Shown one piece after another: positions 9,132-16,324 of a DNA stretch of 55,025 nucleotides. The stretch is from Candidatus Moraniibacteriota bacterium (GTDB lineage Bacteria > Patescibacteriota > Minisyncoccia > JAHIHE01 > JAGLIN01). Position 1 is the first letter of the stretch; each line of letters opens with the position of its first letter. A program made the position numbers and the translations under genes. The notes below the pieces were generated by a model. The model saw nothing but the letters and a program-made list of their open reading frames with translations, searched no databases and had not been told where the DNA came from. The stretch is from the NCBI GenBank assembly GCA_030641185.1, contig DAOWHY010000035.1, positions 1 through 55,025 on the forward strand, in the 5' to 3' direction.

Positions 9132-9557
9132 ATGTCAGTAAATAAAGATAATAATAGAACAAACAAAATAAAAAAGCCAGAAAGGGATTGGCATCTTTTT
9201 GATGCGCGAGAGGAAAGTTTTGGGAGGATGGCTTCAAAAATCGCTGTTTTGTTGAGGGGGAAAAATAAAGTGGATTTTGCTCCGCATATAGACGGCGGGG
9301 ATTATGTTGTGGTAACAAATTCCGATAATTTGAAATATACGGGAAATAAAGGCGAGGGGAAAATTTATTACAGATACAGTGGTTATATGGGCGGACTAAA
9401 AGAAATAAATTTAAAAGATAAAATTAAAAAAGATTCCAGAGAGGTGATTAAAATAGCAGTTTACGGAATGTTGCCAAAGAATAAATTAAGAGACGAAATG
9501 ATTAAAAGACTGAAAGTTTACAAAGACGAAGATTATTTAGAGAAAGATAAATTTTAG
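9132..9557 (+). CDS. rplM: 50S ribosomal protein L13
   Basis: WHLFDAREESFGRMASKIAVLLRGKNK..F.PH.D.GDYVVVTN ... GMLPKNKLRDEMIKRLKVY. Confidence 0.95.
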   Translation: MSVNKDNNRTNKIKKPERDWHLFDAREESFGRMASKIAVLLRGKNKVDFAPHIDGGDYVVVTNSDNLKYTGNKGEGKIYYRYSGYMGGLKEINLKDKIKKDSREVIKIAVYGMLPKNKLRDEMIKRLKVYKDEDYLEKDKF

Positions 9558-9577
9558 ATATAAATTGTTAAATTGAT

Positions 9578-9762
9578 TTCTACCCGGCTTTAGCCGAGGG
9601 TCGGCGAGGTTTTAACCTCGCGGGAAAAATATATAAACAAATATAAAATCGTTTGAGATTAATTTTTCAAAATTAGATTTCATAATGCATAAAATATAAA
9701 TTTATTGAATTAAATCTCGTGAGGTTAAAACCTCATTGACCGTGCGCTAAAGCGCCGTAGAA
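9578..9762. mobile_element. 185-bp MITE-like element with terminal inverted repeats of about 47 bp
   Basis: The left arm TTCTACCCGGCTTTAGCCGAGGGTCGGCGAGGTTTTAACCTCGCGGG pairs with the reverse complement of the right arm, TTCTACGGCGCTTTAGCGCACGGTCAATGAGGTTTTAACCTCACGAG. It lies between rplM and rpsI. Confidence 0.85.
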
Positions 9763-9782
9763 AAAATCTAAATTATGTAACT

Positions 9783-10208
9783 ATGAGTGAAGATAATAAA
9801 GAAAAAACTAAGGGAAAGTATTTTTATGCGACAGGCAGAAGAAAATCCTCTGTTGCCAAGGTTAGAGTTTATGATGAAGCAAAAGAAAAAGGCATTACAA
9901 TAAACGACAAGGATTATAAAGAATATTTTATGAAAAATAATATTCTTATTGAAAAAATAAACTCTCCATTAAAGCTTTTAAATTTTGAAGGTAAGTTTTT
10001 AATATCTGTTAAGGTCCTCGGCGGCGGAGCGAATGGTCAGGCAGAAGCTGTGAGATTGGGAATTGCCAGAGCGCTTCTTTCTATGAATGGGGATTTTAAA
10101 AAAGAATTAAGAGCCAATGATTATTTAACAAGAGATCCGAGGAAGGTTGAAAGAAAGAAGCCTGGGCTGAAGAAAGCAAGAAGAGCTCCGCAGTGGAAGA
10201 AGAGATAG
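9783..10208 (+). CDS. rpsI: 30S ribosomal protein S9
   Basis: YATGRRKSSVAKVRV ... GGGANGQAEAVRLGIARAL ... LTRDPRKVERKKPGLKKARRAPQWKKR. Confidence 0.96.
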   Translation: MSEDNKEKTKGKYFYATGRRKSSVAKVRVYDEAKEKGITINDKDYKEYFMKNNILIEKINSPLKLLNFEGKFLISVKVLGGGANGQAEAVRLGIARALLSMNGDFKKELRANDYLTRDPRKVERKKPGLKKARRAPQWKKR

Positions 10209-10230
10209 AATTAAAATTATTAGAAATTTA

Positions 10231-10260
10231 AAAAACCGCTTGTTGATGAGCGGTTTTTTT
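10231..10260 (+). terminator. rho-independent terminator after rpsI
   Basis: AAAAACCGCT-TGTTGATG-AGCGGTTTTTTT. Confidence 0.8.
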
Positions 10261-10319
10261 GTTTTGTTTTTCTTAAAATATTTATTCACAGTTTTTCACT
10301 TTATAAAGCGTATTTTTTG

Positions 10320-10328
10320 TGCTATAAT
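10320..10328 (+). promoter_or_regulatory. extended -10 promoter element (TGcTATAAT) upstream of the amidase island
   Basis: Perfect TATAAT at 10323-10328 with TG one nt upstream. It is followed by a leader of about 200 nt containing inverted repeats AGAGACAGTG (10403-12) / CACTGTCTCT (10446-55). Confidence 0.5.
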
Positions 10329-10523
10329 ATTGAGATATTAAGAGGAGAAGATAAAAAGTTCTTTCAAAAAACAAAACAAAAAATATGTCTCTTGAGTTTT
10401 TCAGAGACAGTGTTGAGTTTTCTGATTTTAGTTTAGAAAATTCTGCACTGTCTCTAATAAGGAAGTGAAATAAAAAAATAATGTTTTATTTCCAATGAAT
10501 TAAGGGGCGGACGGAGATATAAA

Positions 10524-11150
10524 ATGAAAACCAAAAGAATAGGAACAATAGTGGTAGCAATGCTATTACTAACATTGCTTTGCGCAATGGTAACACCAGT
10601 AGCTGCGTATAGCTACAATGGGGAAGCAGCAGCGAATTATGCGTATAACAACGCATATAACAATGTGCCAGGAACATATGTTTTTAAGAACGGTGGCGGT
10701 GATTGCACTAACTTTGCATCGCACTCTCTTCAAGCTGGAGGGTGGAGAGAAATCGGAGGTTGGTCGTATATCAGCAGTGATGTTTGGTTTTATGATTATC
10801 CCTATAGGTATGGTTATAGTCACACTTGGACTGTTGCTGATAGATTCTATGATTTTCTCGCAGCACATAATAATAGAGCATATCCAGTTTCGGTGAAATA
10901 TAGAAAGCATCTGTTACAAAAAGGCGATATTGTCCAGATAGACTACAAAGACAAATACGGGAATTGTGGATACTGGGATCATACAATGATTGTTACCGAT
11001 AAAAATGGTAATGATCCATTGATGTCATATCATTCAGTAGGAGAACCAAGCCAAACTGGAGTGAGAAACAAATCTCTTACGGAGATAATGAATGATAATT
11101 CAGATGCTCGTTTCCTTGGCTGGCGAATTCGCAGTACCTATTACTATTGA
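10524..11150 (+). CDS. secreted protein with putative amidase (Amidase_6 / CHAP-NlpC-like cysteine amidase) domain
   Basis: Signal peptide MKTKRIGTIVVAMLLLTLLCAMVTPVAA. Motifs GGGDCTNFASHSLQAGGW (candidate catalytic Cys), SHTWTVADRFYDFL and GDIVQIDY...WDHTMIVT (candidate His). These match my recollection of the 'putative amidase domain' family. Confidence 0.7.
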   Translation: MKTKRIGTIVVAMLLLTLLCAMVTPVAAYSYNGEAAANYAYNNAYNNVPGTYVFKNGGGDCTNFASHSLQAGGWREIGGWSYISSDVWFYDYPYRYGYSHTWTVADRFYDFLAAHNNRAYPVSVKYRKHLLQKGDIVQIDYKDKYGNCGYWDHTMIVTDKNGNDPLMSYHSVGEPSQTGVRNKSLTEIMNDNSDARFLGWRIRSTYYY

Positions 11151-11253
11151 AATTGCTAAGCAGTAATTTTAGTAGTATAATTGGGGGTAGATAATAATAA
11201 AAACAAAGAACTTTATTATTGTCTACTCTATTTTTTTAAAATTATTTATTGTA

Positions 11254-11856
11254 GTGAACAATTTAACAATTATCAAAAAAGTAATAATAGGAATGTTGTT
11301 AGTAGTAGTTTTTTTGGTGGTAGCAAAAGTAATTCTAAATGAGCGTCGTTTAAAACAAAGCGAGCAGCGGTTTTCTGAATGCTTTAATCAAATTCCAGAA
11401 AATCCAGATCCTGAAGATGTCATGGGTTTGAGTTTGGCAAGTTTGTCTGCTAATGAAGAAAAAGAGATACAAGAAATTATTAGAAAAGCATTTGAAGGAC
11501 AATGGTTATATCGTTATTGTTATAAGGATGAAGATGAAATGGATGATCTGATAGAAAATTTGTATATTTCAAAGGAGTATCAGCAATTTAAAAGAGAAAT
11601 TAAAGAAGAATATAAATATATCAGTCGCGAAAATAGTTTGGAAAATATTTCTTATTCTCTTGAGAAAATGAGATTTAGCAAACCAAGAAAGTATAAAGAT
11701 CTTGATGACAGAATTGGAATAATAGCTGGGAACGGTAATATCCATTATTTCCTATTCAAAAAAATTAATGACCAATGGAAAATAGAAAAAGAAATATGGC
11801 ATATAAAACCTTGTTTTCTTGATGAGACATTCTCTATTGTTGGTTCAGGTCTCTGA
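11254..11856 (+). CDS. hypothetical N-terminally anchored protein, candidate partner or immunity protein of the amidase
   Basis: 200-aa ORF with a GTG start and a TM helix VIIGMLLVVVFLVVAKVIL. The last five codons and the TGA stop lie inside a repeat (11838-11996). Function unknown. Confidence 0.5.
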   Translation: MNNLTIIKKVIIGMLLVVVFLVVAKVILNERRLKQSEQRFSECFNQIPENPDPEDVMGLSLASLSANEEKEIQEIIRKAFEGQWLYRYCYKDEDEMDDLIENLYISKEYQQFKREIKEEYKYISRENSLENISYSLEKMRFSKPRKYKDLDDRIGIIAGNGNIHYFLFKKINDQWKIEKEIWHIKPCFLDETFSIVGSGL

Positions 11857-11996
11857 CCTGAACCAGATATTTCTTAGGAAATAATTAAAAAACTTATATC
11901 TTTAATGATCTTATAATTTGTGAATTTAAGAATGATGTTTGGTTATAGATAGGTTAAAGAAATAAAAGGTTCAGGTCGGGAGACCTGAACCAACAG
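11838..11996. mobile_element. family F element (TGTTGGTTCAGGTC...GACCTGAACCAACA), two hairpins flanking about 100 bp
   Basis: A second copy lies at 23343-23464, and a solo end (TTGAACCAAC) at 1871-1880. Confidence 0.85.
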
Positions 11997-12120
11997 TAAA
12001 GGAACTGTTTATAAAACAGTTCCCACAATAAGTGTCAATCCCTAATATGCGACAAAATAAAATTTATCGTATTTTCAGGGCAGACACATAGGTCTGCCCC
12101 TACGATGATAATAAAATAAT

Positions 12121-12152
12121 AAAAAATCCTGCTATTTTGGCAGGATTTTTTT
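12121..12152. terminator. bidirectional terminator between the amidase island and the minus-strand PEGA gene
   Basis: AAAAAATCCTGC-TATTTTG-GCAGGATTTTTTT, with an A-run on one side and a T-run on the other. Confidence 0.75.
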
Positions 12153-12157
12153 AACTC

Positions 12158-13603
12158 TTATTCCTCCTCTAAATCAACCGAAATCAATCTACCATCCTCC
12201 ACATAATAAACAGAGTTATTGTCTCGGGAATAAAAAATATCATTATTCTCCAATTCTAAAACATCAAAAACATTTACTTTATCTCTATTGTCAAATTCTA
12301 TAAATTTAAAAATATCGTCTTCTTTATAAAATAAATGTTCCTCGTCTATGTATAACGAAATATTATTTATCTCGTTGCTGTATCTTGTGATTAACTCGTT
12401 TTCAAATTTTTCCTTATGAGGTTGTGAAAGTTTCTCTTTTAGATAATATATCCAAATTTCGTGGTTACTATAATAAATAATTCGTTCATTATAATTTGTG
12501 AAATAAGCATTCTTTACTTGAGAATTTATAAAAGTTATCTCGTTTGTTTTACTGATAAAGTATAACTCTCCAGACCAAGATAAAATTAGATAAGCGTTGT
12601 CGTTTGACTTTATTATTCTTGCCGGCGATTGAGTGTCAAAATCATTCGGCATTGTTGAAACAATTTTTGCTTCTGATAGATTATCCAAACTGCTGACATA
12701 TAAAACATAATCATTTTTTTTGAAATAATATAAATAATCCCCATGGACCAAGAATCCAGACACATTTTTCAGCACTCTTTTCGAAACTAATTTTTTATAA
12801 TCAAATTCATACAGTATATCATTCTTATCATTTTTTAAGTAAAACAGAGATTCACCAAAGTCAAAATTATATTTATTTTTAACTTTTGAAATTTCATTAA
12901 AAATAAAACTGACATCAGATATTTTATTTTTATTTTCAAAATCAATTAAATACCAAAAAAAGCTGTTGTTTTCGCTTATTTTAGCGATTATCTTTGTATC
13001 ATCATTTGACCAAATAATGTCGTCAAGACTAAAATTAATATCGTTCTTTTTAAATGGCGCGTTATTAAAATTCGCGATTATTTTTACTTCTTCATCTTTT
13101 GATTTTGAATTAATGTCAAACAAATTTAAATTATTTTGATTTCTGTAAACGACTTTATTTTTTCCGTTGCTGATCCAAATATTATTCGCGCCTAAACTTG
13201 TTGTTATATTATCCAGTAAAATATTTTTTTCATAATTATTTTTTAAAAGAGCAATGTTTTTAAGTTCAGTTATATATCCGCCATTGACATTTATATTTTT
13301 CCCCCAATCAAAATATCCATCCTTTTTTATTTTAATATTATACTCGCCGCTATTTAGATTTTCAATTTTAATATATCCAGTGAGCAAAGTATTTAAAGTG
13401 TTATTATTTTCAAAAAGATCGTCGTTAATATAAATGTCAATATCTTCTGGAGTAGATTTTATTATAATTGCTCCTGTTTGTATTGTTTCTCCTTTTTTCA
13501 TATCATATTTATATCCAAAACTATAAAACAAAACAATAGCAAGCAAAACAAAGAATGTCGTTATGCAAATATATAAATAGATTTTCAATTTTTTGTTTAT
13601 CAT
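12158..13603 (-). CDS. bitopic membrane protein with a PEGA-like domain and a beta-propeller-like C-terminal region
   Basis: Start trimmed to the internal ATG (MINKKLKIYLYICITTFFVLLAIVLF), because the longer ORF would overlap the mreB start on the opposite strand. PEGA-like stretch: IIIKSTPEDIDIYINDDLF...GEYNIKIKKDGYFDW. Confidence 0.6.
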   Translation of the reverse strand: MINKKLKIYLYICITTFFVLLAIVLFYSFGYKYDMKKGETIQTGAIIIKSTPEDIDIYINDDLFENNNTLNTLLTGYIKIENLNSGEYNIKIKKDGYFDWGKNINVNGGYITELKNIALLKNNYEKNILLDNITTSLGANNIWISNGKNKVVYRNQNNLNLFDINSKSKDEEVKIIANFNNAPFKKNDINFSLDDIIWSNDDTKIIAKISENNSFFWYLIDFENKNKISDVSFIFNEISKVKNKYNFDFGESLFYLKNDKNDILYEFDYKKLVSKRVLKNVSGFLVHGDYLYYFKKNDYVLYVSSLDNLSEAKIVSTMPNDFDTQSPARIIKSNDNAYLILSWSGELYFISKTNEITFINSQVKNAYFTNYNERIIYYSNHEIWIYYLKEKLSQPHKEKFENELITRYSNEINNISLYIDEEHLFYKEDDIFKFIEFDNRDKVNVFDVLELENNDIFYSRDNNSVYYVEDGRLISVDLEEE

Positions 13604-13674
13604 ATAATCATCATAATTTAAATTGACAATTAGCGCAAATAAGATAGAATAAAGGAAGTCGTTAACTAAAATAT

Positions 13675-14682
13675 ATGTTTGTAAAGAAAATAGGAATAGA
13701 TCTTGGAACCGCCAATATATTGGTATTTTTGCCTCAAAAGGGCGTTGTTGTAAACGAGCCATCTGTTATTGCGGTATCTATTGAAGATAATAAAATTTTG
13801 GCTGTTGGAAATAAAGCAAAAGAAATGTTGGGAAAAACCCCGGAAAGTATATCCGCAAGTCGTCCGGTTAAAGATGGTGTAATTGCCGATTATAAAGTTA
13901 CGGAAGCAATGATGCGGTACTTTATAAATAAAGTAAGTGGAAAAGTTCGATTTTTTAAGCCCGAAGTCATAGTTTCCGTTCCTGCTGGAATTACTTCAAC
14001 AGAAAGAAGGGCGGTTATTGACGCTACAATGCAAGCTGGCGCGAAGGCCGCCTATGTTGTTAAAGAACCGATTTTGGCCGCCATTGGCGCTGGAATTCCG
14101 ATAAATACGCCTTTTGGTAATATGATTATAGATATTGGCGGAGGAACTTCAGAAGTGGCTGTTATTTCTTTAGGAGGAGTTGTGTCATTTTCTTCGGTCA
14201 GAGTTGGCGGGGATAAATTGGACAAGGCAATTTCTGAATTTGTCAGAAAAAAGCATGGAATAATTATTGGCGACAGAAATGCGGAAGAGATAAAAATAAA
14301 AATCGGTAGCGCGATCATTTCAGAGGAAGATAATTTTATGGAGGTGAGAGGAAGAGATTTGATTTCGGGATTACCGAAGACAATAAAAATAAGCTCAAAT
14401 GAAATTACGGAGGCGATTCAAGATGAACTTCAGGAAATAATCAGGGCTGTAAAAAATGTCCTTCAAAATACACCGCCAGAATTATCTTCAGATGTTATTG
14501 ATCGCGGAATGGTTTTAAGCGGCGGCGGCGCGCTTTTGAAAAATCTGGATAAATTATTATCGCAAGTAACAGGCGTTCCATGCTATGTCGCGGACGATCC
14601 ATTATTGTGCGTTGCGAAAGGAACTGGTAAAGTTTTGGATGATTTGGATTTGTATAAGCGGAGCGTGATTAGTAGTAAGTAG
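13675..14682 (+). CDS. mreB: rod shape-determining actin homolog MreB
   Basis: IGIDLGTANILV, NEPSVIA, RPVKDGVIADY, DIGGGTSEVAVISLGG, VLSGGGALLKNLD. Confidence 0.95.
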   Translation: MFVKKIGIDLGTANILVFLPQKGVVVNEPSVIAVSIEDNKILAVGNKAKEMLGKTPESISASRPVKDGVIADYKVTEAMMRYFINKVSGKVRFFKPEVIVSVPAGITSTERRAVIDATMQAGAKAAYVVKEPILAAIGAGIPINTPFGNMIIDIGGGTSEVAVISLGGVVSFSSVRVGGDKLDKAISEFVRKKHGIIIGDRNAEEIKIKIGSAIISEEDNFMEVRGRDLISGLPKTIKISSNEITEAIQDELQEIIRAVKNVLQNTPPELSSDVIDRGMVLSGGGALLKNLDKLLSQVTGVPCYVADDPLLCVAKGTGKVLDDLDLYKRSVISSK

Positions 14683-14737
14683 TTAGTAGTAAGTATCAAG
14701 CGTACTTGATACTTACTACTTGATACTTACTACTTAC
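14670..14737. repeat. family I long palindrome
   Basis: AGTAGTAAGTAGTTAGTAGTAAGTATCAAGCG / CGTACTTGATACTTACTACTTGATACTTACTACT. It covers the last three codons and stop of mreB and ends 2 nt before the next start codon. Confidence 0.85.
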
Positions 14738-14739
14738 AC

Positions 14740-15828
14740 ATGAACATTGGCATTGATGCTTCACGGGCATTTATAAAAGAAAAAACTGGAATAGAAGAAT
14801 ATTCTTATCAGTTAATCAGAAATTTGGCGATGATGGATTTAAAAAGCCATCAAATTTTTTTATACGCGAGAAAAAATTCTGTTATAGATTTTAATCTGCC
14901 AAGTAATTTTAAATTAAAAATTATTTCTTTAAATAAACTTTGGACGCAAATTGGACTGGCATCTGAAATGATGAAAAATAAACCGGATATTTTATTTATT
15001 CCTTCTTATACTATTCCTCAAACACATCCAGCTAAAACAATCGTGACGATTCATGGTTTGGAATATAAATATTTTCCCGAATGTTATTCTATTAAGGAAA
15101 GATTATTTTTGGAATTAAATACTTTGTTCTCAATAAAATGGTCAAGCAAAGTTATTGTTCCGTCGGAGAGTACAAAGAGGGATTTGATTAAGTTTTATAA
15201 AGTTGATGGAGATAAAATTAAAGTTGTTTATCATGGGGCAAATAGTAGCAAGTATCAAGTAGTAAGTGTTAGGCAAGATTTTAAAAAAAGTTTTAATATT
15301 TTGTTTGTTGGGAGGTTGGAAAAAAGAAAAAATATAGTGAATTTAGTTAAAGCGTTTGAGCTGTTTAAAAAAAGCTACAAGCTACAAGCTACAAGCTACA
15401 AGCTAATCTTGGTTGGCAAAGCGGGATTTGGCTTTTCGGAAATAAAAAAAGCGATTGAAGAATCGTTATTTAAGAAAGACATTATTTTAAAAAATTATAT
15501 TACAGAAGCAGAAAAGGATGAGTTATATAAAAAATCCGATTTGTTTGTTTTGCCTTCTTTGTATGAGGGATTTGGTTTGCCAGTTTTAGAGGCAATGAGT
15601 TATGGCGTTCCAGTAATTTGTTCTAATGCTTCATCTCTGCCAGAAGTTGCGGGAGACGCGGCTTTATTAGTTGATCCAAACAACATTCAAGAAATTGCTG
15701 ACGCAATGAATAGAGTTTTTAGCGATGATGGTTTGAGAAATAAAATGATTGAAAAAGGATTTAAGAATATGGAGAAGTTTAGTTGGGGGAAGTGTGCGGG
15801 GGAGACGATGGAGGTGTTGCTAAATTGA
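14740..15828 (+). CDS. glycosyltransferase, GT4 family
   Basis: C-terminal GT-B motifs: LFVGRLEKRKN, LPSLYEGFGLPVLEAMSYGVPVICSNASSLPEVAGDAALLVDP. It contains repeat-derived in-frame segments at 15241-15273 and 15373-15405. Confidence 0.88.
   Translation: MNIGIDASRAFIKEKTGIEEYSYQLIRNLAMMDLKSHQIFLYARKNSVIDFNLPSNFKLKIISLNKLWTQIGLASEMMKNKPDILFIPSYTIPQTHPAKTIVTIHGLEYKYFPECYSIKERLFLELNTLFSIKWSSKVIVPSESTKRDLIKFYKVDGDKIKVVYHGANSSKYQVVSVRQDFKKSFNILFVGRLEKRKNIVNLVKAFELFKKSYKLQATSYKLILVGKAGFGFSEIKKAIEESLFKKDIILKNYITEAEKDELYKKSDLFVLPSLYEGFGLPVLEAMSYGVPVICSNASSLPEVAGDAALLVDPNNIQEIADAMNRVFSDDGLRNKMIEKGFKNMEKFSWGKCAGETMEVLLN
15373..15405 (+). repeat. heptanucleotide tandem repeat (AGCTACA) x4.7 inside the GT4 coding sequence
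   Basis: Read directly: AGCTACAAGCTACAAGCTACAAGCTACAAGCTA, 33 nt, translated as SYKLQATSYKL. It is the reverse complement of the family J motif AGCTTGTAGCT seen at 23303-40 and 51088-120. Confidence 0.9.
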
Positions 15829-15834
15829 TAAATT

Positions 15835-15997
15835 GGAGTTCAGGTTTTAACCTGTAAAATTTTACGCACTACGACGGTGCCATAGTCCAAAACGGAGCCG
15901 CAGCGTAGTGAGGCTGTGGCACTGCATTTGCAAATCTTGCATTTGGGATTCCACAGCTCTGCGGAGACTATGGAACCCTCGGCGGAGTGAACTCCAG
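15835..15997. mobile_element. composite family E/D MITE-like element, 163 bp
   Basis: Outer inverted repeats GGAGTTCAGG / (C)TGAACTCC(AG), with family D hairpins inside. Confidence 0.8.
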
Positions 15998-16073
15998 AGA
16001 TTTTATAGTTTGAAAAATTAAATAAAAAAAGAAAGGCAGAGCAATTTTAATTTTGTTAAATTAAAATTGATAC

Positions 16074-16271
16074 CTAAATTCTAAAAGTTATTACTGCTAT
16101 TGCTGCAGTAATTCCGCTTAAAGCGAAAGATAACAGCATATAAATTAACAGTCGACCTTGCGATCTACTGTAGTTTCCATTAGTAGCTATTTTTTTGAAA
16201 AATGTCCCAACTCCAAAAGAGAATACTGAAATTAAAACACTTATAAAAACAACCGCATCTATTATATTCAT
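16074..16271 (-). CDS. small two-TM membrane protein
   Basis: 65 aa with two hydrophobic helices. A strong SD (GGAGGTGA) lies 7 nt upstream of the ATG on the minus strand. Confidence 0.55.
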   Translation of the reverse strand: MNIIDAVVFISVLISVFSFGVGTFFKKIATNGNYSRSQGRLLIYMLLSFALSGITAAIAVITFRI

Positions 16272-16324
16272 ATTTTCACCTCCTTTTCAAATATGACTCT
16301 GCATCCTATCATAAGAATTAAACT

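Noticed and set aside
10385-10468. 27-codon ORF (MSLEFFRDSVEFSDFSLENSALSLIRK) in the amidase leader, considered as a leader peptide
   Set aside because: There is no SD at a proper distance. The ORF coincides with the arms of the 10-bp inverted repeat, so an RNA-structure explanation is at least as likely.
10569-10986. ORFs 10569-10910(-), 10618-10896(+) and 10771-10986(-), which overlap the amidase gene
   Set aside because: They are alternative frames of the same sequence. Only the 10524-11150 frame has a signal peptide and amidase-like motifs.
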